A DNA stretch of 64,000 nucleotides from Chiloscyllium plagiosum (Eukaryota), in contig NC_057719.1 of the NCBI RefSeq assembly GCF_004010195.1, forward strand, positions 14,072,364 to 14,136,363, written 5' to 3'. Below the pieces are notes generated by a model. That model ran no database searches. It saw only the letters and a program-made list of their open reading frames with translations, and was not told the origin of the DNA. Position 1 is the first letter of the stretch; every line of letters begins with the position of its first letter. Below, one piece after another: positions 48,501 to 61,234 of this stretch. The translations under genes were made by a program, and so were the position numbers.

Positions 48501-51500
48501 TCTACAACAGGGATTCTGTGATTCTATTTCAAACCATCAGGTCCTCGATGTATGGAGCTATTTGTTAATCTTGGTATCCATAATTATCTTCGCTTTACAT
48601 TGCCCCCTTTTCATCTTGGTCAATGTGTTGATTGGGACCACCCAGTTTCTTCTGCACCCTAAGCCCCTCGCAGCCACAGCACTGCAGGAATTTCAGACTT
48701 CCTTTTACTTCCTGATCTTCCTGCAGGTCAGTGTTCCCCAACAGAAAACACGAGTTAGTTTCAGGCGCTGCTGAAGTCAGTTGTTTTTAAAGACAATACA
48801 GCTAAGTGTTTCACATGTATGTTTAAATCTACTGCCATTTGCGACTGAACTTTGTGCTGTTCCTCTTTATATTAGATGAGATCATGAATTTACCAGGTAC
48901 TGAAGCTTAGTGCGCCTCCTGTGCCTTGGTTCAGAAGTTACAAGAAGGACTTTTACTTCCTCTGTTGAGAATGTTGATTCAGCCTTTCCAGAATATGGCT
49001 GAATGCTGTTTGCCAGTTGCTGTGATGTTCCTTTAGAATTATTGAATGTTGGTTAGACTTAACCTTCTATTGTCCTGAATGAGTTATTCCAGCTGATAAC
49101 TTCCCACTCTGAGCAACATCAAAATTGTTAGTGAGCCAGTTGAGTTTTTGAGGCTTCATATTCACCACTATTGATGCTACCTTTTTTCATTTATTTTGTG
49201 CTCAATTCAAATTCTAAAGCAATGGTGACGTTTGCATTTACTCTATCTGTATTATTAATCCAGGCCACTGGTCAATAGCAATTAGTCATATTTCCATTCT
49301 TAAATGAGCTACCCATGACTTGTTACTATTGAGAAGCATGTTGGTATGAAATCATCTGCAGTCCTCACTTTCTCCTCGATGAAATCATCAGTGAATAATG
49401 TTTGGTACCATTCAGTATCTGAGGAGTCAAATGCTGGCAATCAATTTTCTGGCAAGACCTGAACAGCATCCAACCAGGGCTGATAAGTGGCAAGTAATGT
49501 TTGTGCAACACAATTGCTGGACAATTACTACCTGCCATAAGAGAATCTATAAATCTCCTATTGACAGTAATACCATAATCAGATTTCTGGAGTTTACCAT
49601 TTTCCAGAAGCTGGGCTGCACTGACTATACAAATAAAGTGGCTCCCCAATAAATCAGAGGCAGGAAAACCTGCAGTGAGTAACTCTCCCCTTGACTCCAA
49701 AAAAAACCTTTCCATCATCTGTGTGGCACAAGTCGAGTGGAATAGAATAAGCTTCAGTGGCCCGAGCGAGTGCAGCTCCAACAATGCTCAAAGTTTGGCA
49801 ATGTCCAGGGCAAAGTAACGCAGTTGATTGGCACCCCGCCTTCAGCATTCACCTCTGCCTTGCAGTGTTGGCAATATGTAGGAATTATAATACGTACTGC
49901 TGTGACACTCAGGTTTCTCCCCCGGTATCTTCCAAATGTAGGACCTCTACCACCTAGAAGAACTTTTTAATTTAATAGCGGTTTTAGTCTGTTTTAATCA
50001 ACCAACTATTTTACTTTTTTCATATGTCACCCTGAGTCAATATTCATAACTTTTAATTTCTTCCGTTTCAAGCCTTCATATTTGCGTTTGCCTGTTGTCA
50101 GCCACTATGCTCAGAATTGTTGACAATGTTTATCTCCTCCAAATGATCCCAGACTATAGAAACCAAACCTACGTTCTGATGCCGAAACGCTGTGGAATGA
50201 TAGTTTGCACTATGGTTGTCATGTGTTAAGCGTTGTCTAGGAACCCCAGCAAGGATCAACACATTAATTTTGATTGCATTCTAGCGAACGTGTTAGTTTT
50301 AATTCACCTTTAAATATTGTGTGTTTCTTGTCACAGTGCAGTGGTTCTTCAGCATCCCTTTGCTTTGCAAAGCATGCAAGTCAGATATATGCGACTGGAT
50401 GTCTGTTTCTAAACTGTGGAATTGTCCTAAATTGAACAAATTTGCAAGAGTCATCCACCATTTCCAAAGTTAATCAAGAATATCTGTTTTGTACAATATG
50501 AAGAGTCTGCTTGCCCACTCAATGTCCTCTCCTCTGACAGTTGCGTTATATTGTGCAGACATTTTTTTTTCTAGTGAGGGTGAAATTGTTTTTCTTCACG
50601 TGCTGGGTCCCTAAGTTTGCTCATTTTTACTATGGCTCATCTTCATATGTCCCCAAAGGATTGTCTTTGGTTAATTCATCCCAAAATTGATGCTTTTTTT
50701 GGTACCCTGCTTAACTACTGAGCATCAACTTCCTGGCATGTATCTATAATAACTTGATTGTTTTCTGAGGAGGATTATGAGAAAGTGGTTTAGAATCCAG
50801 TGACTATTAATGTTTCCAGATGGCGATTTCATGTGTTTTGAAACTGCTGTGATGAAATTAGGCATATAAGAAATCTTATTGCTGCAGATTACGTAGAAAG
50901 CAAGATATAAATTAAAACCTGTCATTCTAGTAGTAATCTTTTGCTTTGAATGATTTTATATTGCATTGTTGCAATGTAAAATGTAGCAGTTTATCCATCC
51001 ACTCTGTCAAGCTTCTGTTAATTGTCTGTGCATCTAACTAAGTGACGTGAACTTTCTGTTGTTACAGAATCTACAGCAGAACAAATCATAGTGGATATCA
51101 CTCCCTGCCCCATTCAACCATGTCATCTTCGCAAAGGGCAAACGTACAGTGTGAATGTCACCTTCACTAGCAGTAAGTGAAATGATAAAAGCAAATCTGG
51201 ATTTGAAAGAAGAAAACTTTTACATTGAATGCGTGAGAGTTGTTTTCCTAATCGGTGGGGTGAGCTTTATTATATAATTTTTATTATATATTGTATTATA
51301 TCAGAAAGCACCCCTCTAACATGAGTTAACAGTTTATACTTTCACAACAAGAGGGGAAAAAACATACTCTATCTCATCCTTACCAATTTTCCAGATGCAT
51401 CTATCCATGACAGTATCGTTAAGAATGACCACCACACAGTTTTTGTGGAGACGCAGTTCTGTCCTCGCATTGAGAATAACCTCAATGTTGTGTGGACCTA

Positions 51501-54500
51501 TTACCATACTAAATAGGATCGACTTCAAACAGATCTAGCAGCTCAAGACTGGGCATCCGTGAGGCGCTGTTGGCTATCAGCAGCAGCAGAATTGTATTCC
51601 AGTACAATCTGTAACCACATGGTCCAGCAAATCCCCCACGCAACTATTACCATCAAGCCAGAGAGCAACGCTGGTGCAATGAGGAGTGCAGGAGGGTACC
51701 CCAGGAGCAGTACCAGGCATACCTAAAAGGAGGTGCCAACCTGATGAAGCGACCAAGCAGGATTACTTTTGTGTCAATACCATAAGCAGCAAGTAATAGG
51801 CAAAGCCAAGCGATCCCACAACCAACAGATCAGAATTGAGCTCTGCAGTCCTGGCATGTCCAGTTATGAATGGTGCACAACTAAACCACTGACTGGAGAT
51901 GGAGGCTCCACAAGTATCCCCATTCTCAATGGTGAAAGGCCCAGCACATCAGTGCAAAAGATAAAGGTGAAGCTTTGACAGCAAACTTCACTCGGAAGTG
52001 CCAAGTGGGTGATCTATCTCTGGCTCCTCCAGAGGTCTCCAGCATTAGAGTTACCAGTCTTCAGCCAATTCGGTTCACTCCATGTGACATCAAGAAATGG
52101 TTGGAGAGATTGGATACTGCAAATGCTATAGGGTCTGACATCATTCTGGCATTAATACTGAAGACTTGTGCTTCAGAACTTGCCACTCTCTTCACCAAGC
52201 TGTTCCTTTATAGTTACAACCCTGGCATCTACCTGACAATGTGGAAAATTGCCCAAGTATGTCCTCTATATCAAAAGCAGGACACATTCAACCCAACCAA
52301 TTACCACCCTGTCAGTCTACTCCTGATCATCAGCAAAGTGATGGAAGGTGTAATCAACAGTGCTATCTAGCAGCACCTTCTCAGCAATAACCTGCTCAGT
52401 GACACCCAATTTGGGTTCTGCCAGGCCCACACAGCTCCTGACTTCATTACAGTCTTGGTTCAAACATGGACAAAAGAGCTGAATTCCAGAGGCGAGTGTG
52501 ACAGCACTGACATCCAGGCTGTATTCGATAGTGTGACATCAAGGAGCCCTAGCAAAATGAGAAACAGTAGGTATCGAGAAAAACTGTCATTGTTGGAGTC
52601 ATACATGGCACGATAGATATCCTCGAGGTGAAATGGAGGTCAGCCATTTCACCTCTAGGATATCTCTGCAGGAGTTCCTCAGGGTGGTGCCCCATGCCCA
52701 ACCATCAATGACCTTCCCTCCATCATAAGGTTGGAATTTGGGCAATCATTGGTGAATACCCCCATGTTCAGTTCCATTCATGACTCTCACTGAAGTAGTC
52801 CATTGTGCGTGGTGTGCTGCTACCTAGTCTCCTGAAGGGGAGCAGACTTAACAGAAAACTCCGAGCCCCGGAAGAAATCAATTATCCAAACGAAATAGTG
52901 CCTGCCCATCTCGTTTGGATAATCAAGGTTCCTCTGTATACGTCTAAACTCTCCTCGTAAGACAATCCTGTCATATCCAGGATCAACCAGATGAAGCTGC
53001 TCTGGACTCCCTCCAAAGGCAGTACAGAACAACTTTGATTCACCAAATGAGACTAATGGTGAGTATCTTGTTCAGATAACCGATTGTTCGGATAACTGAT
53101 CTGATCGTAAACAACGGAAGCATTTGTGGGACCTTGAAGTCTTGTTTGAATAATCCAAAAATCGGATAATTGATGTTCAGATAACCATCCTTCCTCACTT
53201 AATTGGAGAAAAGTTGTTTCCAATCCACTGCTTTGTCTGTTCAACTGTTCTTCTCTATCTTTGAACTCTATCCCCACCTATCATTTGCTCTGTCTCCACA
53301 CACACACACACACACACCCCTACCTGTATGTAAACCCACATTATTCTAGCTATCATCAGTTTGGACGAAGGGTCACTGAATCAAAATGTTAACTGATGTC
53401 TCTTCACAGATGCTACCAGACCTGCTGAGCTTTTCCAACAATTTGGTTTTGGTTTGAACTGAGTGATGTTTGTTGTGACACCAGTCATTCTTTTGACGGA
53501 CTACCTTTGTCTTTCCAGCACTTGTTTTGTGAACGCGACATATTGTGTGGTCTTAGAAATGTGACTAAATTACAGGTGAACCAACTGGCATTTATTTCCA
53601 CTTATCACAAAGTTTTTACTATTTATATTGATAGATTATAAAAGCTAATACTGTTTTGCTTTGAATATAACTTGGATCACTGTCACCAAAAGAATCAGAC
53701 TTAGAATTGTATCGACACTGTCTTGATCTTTTTAATCCCTAAAATAAAGTTTAAACCCAGCTCTGGTTGATGGCAGAATCTCCCCTTGCTGTGCTGTTGC
53801 CGAATAAAATTAATTGTCTCCAATTTCTGTCAGTCACAACACAAATAATCAGCAGAGACTTGAAAGATATCCATGATCTCAGGAGGTTAGTTCAATAACA
53901 GTGGGGATTCAGTTGCTTATTCAAATAGAATGCAGCGTCTGACTAAACTAAGGAAGGTCTTGCCCGAATGTGAAAAGTTTCTAAAATGACTTGCTTAAAT
54001 TTTCATTGCTGATGAACTAGGTGAAATGTAGCCAAATGCCATAGCGGACCTGTGTCCTCATCTTTATCTCAAACCAGGTGATGGAACTGGAATTGCAGGC
54101 ACAGTTGTGCATTTTGCTGGTTGGTTCTAACTTTTTTAATGTAGGTTAACCATATTGTAATCTGTTTTCTAGCCACCTTGAGTAAGACCAGTGAAGCCAA
54201 GGTTTTTGGTATCCTAGAAGGGCTTCCAGTTCCTTTTCCTATTCCTAACCCTGATGGTTGTAAATCTGGAATTAAATGCCCCATCCAAAAGAACGTGAAA
54301 TACAGCTACGTCGCTTCACTACCAGTGAAAGAGACCTACCCAAAGGTAAGTGTTTTCATGAAACATTAAAATGCATAATAATATCGCTTTTACTTGATCG
54401 TTTCGTGGCCTGTTTGCTCAGCAAGATTTTGAAAAATTTTGTCGATCAAACAACATACTTTTATTGTCTGACTAAGTGGAATCATTTGGAACAAATCTGA

Positions 54501-55402
54501 TGGTCGAAACCACGCCAGTAGTGAGGGAATTGTCATTGTAACCCTATCTGGCGATTTGTGGCTCAGTGGGAATGGTGTGATGAGGTCATTTTGAGGTGTC
54601 AAATGATGTTTCATATTTTTTTCAGGGAATTAGTGCTCCTGGTTCTTCGTGAATTCCAATTTGATGTCAGTTTCTCTGTTCTTTTTGGGAGCAATGTCAG
54701 TGGAAATTTCTGACCTAACAGATAACTCTGCTTAATTAATCTCTAGCATATGTTCCAAGTTCTGCTCGGTTTGACTGTAAAGATTTGAAGGTTTTTGAGC
54801 AAGTTAGTTGAAATTTGAAATTATAGTAGCTTTATCTCTGAAATTTTTTTGTGCACTAAAACCTAATCAGGCAATTGCTAAGTTGAGCAAGTTGGTTAAT
54901 TTCGGGCAGAGTAAGAGTCAAGAGGTGTTGACTTCAGGCATGGAGTGAGAAGCAATAGCATTATGAGATTTTGCCTCACAAATGGATTGTACCTTTTTTT
55001 GAGAATGTTACCAATGGCAGATTTGAAAAAAAGGGAAGTTGGGCAGTTAAGCTTGGTGGAAAGAGTCAAGGGAGCAGAATGGATTTTATGGCCAAAATGA
55101 GTTGAGGATGGGAGAGAAATGTAACTTGAGGGGAGGTAATTGGAATTTTGAATAGGAGAAAGGAAGTTGTGAAACTGGCTGATCAAATGGTCTTGTTTTT
55201 AAACCAGTCGTAAGCTCCTCACGGATTGAGAGATTTGAATCAGAAAAGTCTGTGTTTTGGAATTCCAGGGTGGTTTGGCAATAGTCAGTGGTTTTTGCAC
55301 GGTCAATGCTTTTTTGTGATCCACTGAGGTCTGATGGTGAATGGTTAATTAGTGTTCTATCCATGCCTTGGATGAAAGGACTTTTAGCTGAATGACTAGT
55401 TT

Positions 55403-55433
<31 letters not shown>

Positions 55434-56377
55434 TTTAATGGCTTCAGAGGCCTGGGCATCAAAAGATGCAGATGTGGGTGTAGATTGGTAGCTGTGGAAA
55501 TGCCAAAGGTGTATGGAGGGCCAAAAGATTGGCAATTAGAATTTTACAGTGAGTTTTCTTGCTGGCTGCAGAGTTGGGAAGCAATAATGAGATGTGGGTG
55601 GGGAGCAATACCAAGAAGTGATAGCTGGTCTGTGGTTGACTTAGTGTGTAGTGAGACCATGTGATGGGAGAGAAATAGCTTTTAAATGCACCAGACCAAT
55701 TTAGAAGAATAGAATGTCTATAGTGTGGAAGCAGGCCCTTCAGCCCCACAAGTCCACACCGACCCTCTGAAGGGTAACCCATCCAAACCCATTCCCCTAC
55801 TCTCTATTTACCCCTGATTAATGCATCTACCCTACACACCCCCGAACACTATGGGCAATTTAGCACGGCCAATTCACCAAACCTGCACATCTTTGGATTG
55901 TGGGAGGAAACCAGAGCACCTGGAAGGAAACCCACACAGACGCAGGGACAATGTGCAAACTCCACACAGACAGTCATCAGAGGCTGGAATCGAACCTGGC
56001 TCTCTGGTGAAGTGAGGCAGCAGTGCCAACTACTGAGCAATTGTATGGCCCCCTTTGTATATAAATTTGTATATAGTTTTGGAAAAGGTGCTATTCCCTT
56101 AATGAGGCTGACTGGAGGTCACTGGTGCAATGAAATCAGTGCCTGAGAATTGTGTTTTGCATGTTAGGTTTTAAATGAATATGGAGTAATTTAACTTTTA
56201 TGCAGGGGATTGTGTGGTTTTACAATGTTTTTAATCTTTTCTGCTTTTATTTTTCTTTTCATTTATCCTTCCCACCACCACCCTACCCAGATTAAGTTGG
56301 AGGTTAAATGGGAACTGAAGGATGCGAACAACACAGATATCTTCTGCTGGAAGATTCCAATCCAGATTACTGACTAA
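45471..56377 (+). CDS. NPC2: NPC intracellular cholesterol transporter 2; join(45471..45555,51068..51172,54173..54345,56291..56377), 149 aa
   Basis: 85+105+173+87=450 nt with phases 1,1,0. Signal peptide, ML domain with six conserved Cys, NVT sequon, and the motifs [19 protein letters not shown] and FCWKIPIQI. Confidence 0.96.
45665..46195 (-). mobile_element. Penelope-like GIY-YIG fragment split by the inverted duplication
   Basis: [23 protein letters not shown] (46090-46022) continues as [22 protein letters not shown] on the other side of the insert. Confidence 0.85.
45730..46767. repeat. 293-bp inverted duplication (45730-46022 / 46475-46767)
   Basis: Reverse-complement match with 2 mismatches found by eye; 452-bp spacer. 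Confidence 0.95.
51068..51172 (+). CDS. NPC2: NPC2 exon 2 ([34 protein letters not shown])
   Basis: Acceptor TTACAG and donor A|GTAAGT; motif PCPxQPCxLxKGQxYSVNVTF. Confidence 0.96.
51500..52800 (+). mobile_element. CR1/L2-group LINE RT fragment in NPC2 intron 2
   Basis: [39 protein letters not shown] and AGVPQG motifs. Confidence 0.85.
52850..53195. mobile_element. Tigger-like MITE fragments
   Basis: End GGATAATCAAGGTTCCTCTG-TA; internal inverted ATTATCCAAACG/CGTTTGGATAAT; repeated TCGGATAA motifs. Confidence 0.5.
54173..54345 (+). CDS. NPC2: NPC2 exon 3 ([57 protein letters not shown])
   Basis: Acceptor TTTTCTAG and donor AAG|GTAAGT; 173 nt. Confidence 0.97.
55403..55428. repeat. (GA)n microsatellite; (CA)n also at about 24774-24791 and 53297-53317
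   Basis: Seen directly. Confidence 0.9.
56291..56377 (+). CDS. NPC2: NPC2 exon 4 ([28 protein letters not shown])
   Basis: Long pyrimidine tract followed by CCCAG acceptor; stop TAA at 56375-56377. Confidence 0.95.
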   Translation: MKLEVKWELKDANNTDIFCWKIPIQITD

Positions 56378-58588
56378 ACCAGATCACGAAATACTAACCC
56401 CAACAAGTGCTCCTTGTATCTGGATACTGTGGATAATTAAGCCAGACTTCTTTGGAAGAGATTTTTTGATATTTTTACAAAATCTTGTAATTTTGGAACA
56501 CAGTTTTTAAAATTTAATTATGAATTGTCCTTTGATTTAATGCTAAGAGTTCTTGTAACTTAACCTTATTAGGCCATTAAAGGCATTAACTACAAGTTGT
56601 GTGTGCTGTTGCTTTAAATTAAGAGAATATAAATGGAGAAAATGAACAAGTTAAATGATTCCTGATTCTGAACCTCTGTTGTTGAGGTGTCATTCAAACT
56701 CTCCCATGGGTAGTCAGTGGTTCTTGGCTTTATTTGTCATTTTCTAAGAGAATGAGCCTAGTTGATGGGGGAAGATTGTTGTTTCCTGTTGCAGTGTTTG
56801 AAAATTGCCTGACCTGGTCCATCTCTCAACTTCCCATCTGCATTGAGTTCTTTCCAGTGTTGAGCAATTCTTGCTTTCCAGTTCCCCTGCTCCGAGCTAT
56901 TTTTGACTTCCTGGCAGACTTCTGTATTCATTCAGGTGATGTGGGCTTTACTGGTTAGGCCAGCATTTATTGCTCATCCTTGGATTCCTAAATTTTGTCT
57001 TTGGCAATGGAGATTGCCTGTCACTTGGTCACCCTGGGCCTGGGTATGGTGCAGATCTTGCTGGACTGCATCAGTATCGAGAGGAATCACTAATCAAAAT
57101 GAACACTGCAATCATCGGGGAATTTCTCTTCTTTGTGGGGCAGAAGGTCATTAATGAAGCAGCTGAAGCTGAATGGGCTAAGGACCATACCTGAGAGAAC
57201 GCATGCAGAAACTTCCTAGATCTCATATGACTGAGCAACAATCACAACTGTGTTTTGTGCTAAATATGACTCTTACCAGCAGAGTTCTCCCCGGTTCCCA
57301 TTGACTCTAGTTTTGCAAGGAATTTAAGTGTGAGCTGCTTCATGCAAGGATGTTGCGAAACTCTTATCTTTCCTGAACTCTTTCAAGGATGTTGCCAGGG
57401 TTGGAGGATTTCACCTATTGGGAGAGGCTGGCTTGTTTTCCCTGGAGCATCAGAGGCTGAGGGGTAACCTTATAGAGGTTTATAAAATCATGATAGGGTA
57501 GTCAAGTCTTTTCCCTGGGGTGGGGGAGTGCAGACCTTGGGGGCATAGGCTCAGGGTGAAGGGAAAGATTTAAAAGGGATCGAAGGAGCAAGGTTTTCAC
57601 ACAGAGTGTGGTGTATGTATGGGATGAGCTGCCAAAGGAAGTGGTGGAGGCTGACAGAATTACAGCATTTTAAAAGGTATCTGGCTGGGTATATGAATAG
57701 GAAGGGTTTGGAGGGCTTTGGGCCAAGTGCTGGCAAATGGGACTAGATTAGGTTAGCATGACGAGTTGGACTGAAGAGTCTATTTCCGTGCTGTACATCT
57801 GAGTCCTCGATTCCACACTTGGTCAGTTGTGGAGTTGCTGTTCATGGCAGTCATGTTCTATTCCTCTGGAGTTTGATTCCTGCCTGAAGTTTGGATCAAG
57901 ATAGGAAAAAGGGTCTATGTGCCACTAATGGAATGTAACTGAGTGACAGTGAGCAGATTATTGCAAAGCAAATGCTGCTTGACAGCTCTGTTGATAACCC
58001 CTTCATCACTTCACTGATGATCAAGGGTAGACTGAGTTGTAAATGGAATGGTGTTGTAATTACAGTTACATCACACTGTAAATTTTTGCTATAAATTCTG
58101 TGCCTTAGAATTGTCCTCCACTATCACCTGATGGAGTGGTGCTCCGAAAGCTAGTGTGCTTCCAATTAAACCTGTTGGACTATAACCTGGTGTTGTGATT
58201 TTTAACTTTGTAAATGGAAGGTTGTATTTGCTTTGTTCTGTGTACAGGAAATTTCTGGGTAATTTTCCAAATTCCTGAGTGGATGTATTGGAACAACCTG
58301 GTTACAGGAGCAGAAAGATTTGGAGCACCAATCTTTAGTACTGTTGGCAGAACATTGTCATGGCCCATCCAATGCAGTCAGCTATTTTCTAAAATCTGGA
58401 ATGAATAAAATTGTCTGCAGACTTCAGATCCCTTGCATCCCAGTCTGTAAAGGAAATTAAAATGGATCATCTACTCCAGTTAAAGATGGCTGCAGAATCG
58501 GTCTTATTTTTTGTGCTAGGCTCCTCCATCATGGAAGGTAGGAATATTTGTGGAGCTGCCTGCTCCCTGGAGTTATTTAATTAACCTC

Positions 58589-58815
58589 AACCACAGATTC
58601 TATCAACAAACACATCGACCTCTACCCAATATACCGACCGCTGCAGCGGACAGCTGGAACTGACAACCGGAAGCGGCTGAGACAAACCGCTATAAATGCC
58701 GGAGGAAACAACACAAGTGCTTCACAGGAGGCTCCCAAGCACTGAAGATGTCACCTAGACAGGGGACGAAATGTCTGCAATACAAATTCCCAGCTTGGTG
58801 AATAGAACCACAACA
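58589..58815 (+). mobile_element. Penelope-like 3' fragment (same family as 25972-26740)
   Basis: Highly similar to 26510-26736; 12-bp TSD TTAATTAACCTC at 58577-58588 and 58816-58827. Confidence 0.9.
58742..58775 (+). ncRNA. Minimal hammerhead ribozyme core in Penelope 3' end
   Basis: CTGAAGA-T-GTCACCT-agac-AGGGGAC-GAAA-TGTC. Confidence 0.6.
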
Positions 58816-59765
58816 TTAATTAACCTCCTCCAATCAGCAGGACTGTGAAGCTTGGATCTGATCAATTTGTTGTTTAAACTGCTTATTCCTGTATGTCACT
58901 TACTGCTTTGGCATGCAAGCAGTCCTGTGTTGGGATATAGCAGATTGATGACTTTTAGGTATATTTGGCACTACTTATGGCATGCCCTCCTGCACTCCCA
59001 TTGAACCAGGGTTGATCCCCTTGCTTGGTCATGATGTTTGAGTTGGAATATGCCAGGCCATGAGGTTGCAATTTGTCTGTCTGCAATTCTGCTGATGGCC
59101 CATCGATGCCTAATGTGTTGAGATCTGTTTGAAATCCATCCCATTAAGTGGTCATTCTATGCAACTTGGTGTCCTCAGACGGCTTTCTCTCCAAAAGGGG
59201 TGAATGGTGGTAACTTCAATTTCTACTATAATAGACAAATGCATATGTGGCAGAGTTTAGTGAGGATCAGGTAAAGTAATTTTTTCTCCAATTGGTTCCA
59301 CTACAGATCTAGTCTAGCATTCAACCAGCTCGTCACTACTGGTAACGCTGAGCCACTCGTTGATAAACACACAGATGCCTCCGGCTCAATACATTCTATA
59401 CCCTTGCCTCCCTCTGTGCTACCGCTGGGTTGGGAGGGGGTGTACAGATGGTGGTTTATGGTAGTCGGTGGTTTCCTTGCCTGTGTTTGAACCAATGCTG
59501 ATTATTGAGGACTGTCAGAGTAACTATCTGTTATCTTCAGCACTGCTGGGCCTGCGCAAGTGGGTCAGTGCATACTCTAGAATACCCAGACCTGCAAACT
59601 CTGATTGCAGTTAAGTTTTATGAATTCAATCACTGAGGAGAAAGTGAGGACCGCAGATGCTGGAGATCAGAGCTGAAAATGTGTTGCTGGAAAGGCGCAG
59701 CACGTCAGGCAGCATCCAAGGAGCAGGAGAATCGACGTTTCGGGCATGAGCCCTTTCTGAAGAAG

Positions 59766-60103
59766 GTTTTCCTTATTGTCAGGTATATTGGGTTACACTT
59801 TTTATCGGGACAATCGCAAGCTGGTCAGAAGGGGGCCTGGTGTACTGTGATGAGACCATTATACCAAGTGCCATCCTCATAGGACTTAAGGTTTATCTCA
59901 AAGCTGCGGTACTGTCCCTGATTATCTACATCCCCACAATTTACTAAGCTGCATACATCAGCGTCTATTACTTGTGGATTATCAGATTCAGGAACTGTTA
60001 ATAATACATATGAAAATGATATTTGACAAAATCCCAATACTAAGAGGGCTAGCATCATAACTCTAAGCATTCCCAGTACTTTAAACAACATGCTGAAGCA
60101 CAA
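59766..60103 (-). pseudogene. env: ERV env N-terminal remnant
   Basis: Hydrophobic signal peptide right after pol; Cys-rich. After an in-frame TGA it continues PACDCPDKKCNPIYLTIRK, resembling the CNP motif of class I SU proteins. Confidence 0.65.
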
Positions 60104-60165
60104 AACGACTTAATATACAATCTTACAGAAATAATCCTGCGCTCGAGTCGCCACTGTATAATCAG

Positions 60166-61234
60166 TTACTCAAAGTCTCTTAGTCTGAGTTTCAGCGGGT
60201 CTTGCGTTGATTCGGCTGTCCAGACTTCTTCCTCCATTGGAGGGTCCACAGGCCCTTTGATCCGAGTGTAATGAGTCCAGCCTTTCTCCGCCGTCTTTAT
60301 TGCCGTTTCAGTAGTCAAGAGAGCCTGGTACGGCCCTTCCCAGTCCAGCTGCAATTTAGTCTCTGTCCATGATTTTACTAAGATCCAATCGCCCGGCCGG
60401 ATGGGATGAACGGTGAATTCAAGGGGTGGAGTCTGTGCCAATAAACCCTGTTTCCTGAGGAAAGACAGAGAGGAGGACAAGCCCAATATATACTTCTTTT
60501 AAAAACAAATCTTTAATTTCGGGAATTGGCAATTCTCCATTCGTTCCCAAGTAAGGTAATCCAAATAAGATTTCATAGGGGGATAGTCCTAAATCTTTCC
60601 TCTGCCAAGGGACAAGCCCAAAAGGCATCCTTTAAATCTATCACACTAAACCATTTGTGGTCATGGGGGATCTTACTTAATCTCTAATCAGTCCCTCGAT
60701 TACTGGCTGCAGTCCTCGTGTACCTTCTATGAAAATGGGATATTGTCGCTCACAGACAATGTCCCCTTTCCTTTTTAAATTTATTTCAAGGGGAGGGATC
60801 TCTAGTCCTCCACGATTCCCTTCCCTAGCCCATACAATACGGTCTATCTCTCTCTCCACATCCTCTGTCAACATTGCCATTTGTACAACTAATTCTTTTT
60901 CCTGAATTCCAATCTCCAGTCCTAATAGGATAATTAAGTCTCTCCCTAGTAAGTTACTTTCTATATCAGGGATATACAGCAGTTCCCCTATGAGCCTATC
61001 CTTAGGACCTTCTATCATCATAGGTTCATATACTGGAACAGTAAATCCTTCCCCTTTTACCCCGGAAACAGTAATTGACCGTGTCGACATTTCTACTTTC
61101 TTTGGTTTAAAATTCAACGATGACCGTGCTGCCCGCGTACCTACTAGGAAGACTACCTCTTCCCTATAGGGTCCCACCTTCAGGTTTATCAAGGGTTCCT
61201 GGTGGGCGCCTGAGGGCAGGAACCCCTGACACCC
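60166..61234 (-). pseudogene. pol: ERV pro-pol with large internal deletions
   Basis: Protease active site decayed to FLVGTRAARS, with NLLGRDL retained. RT start RQYPI; a short RT piece HKWFSVIDLKDAFWACPLAEE is fused directly to the integrase C-terminus. Confidence 0.88.

Larger units (their letters stand above)
57150..59420 (-). mobile_element. Decayed CR1/L2-group LINE (family of 51500-52800) with nested CR1 (+, 57385-57800) and Penelope inserts
   Basis: GHDNVLPTVLKIGAPNLSAPVTRLFQ; reverse-complement similarity to 51500-52800. Confidence 0.6.
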
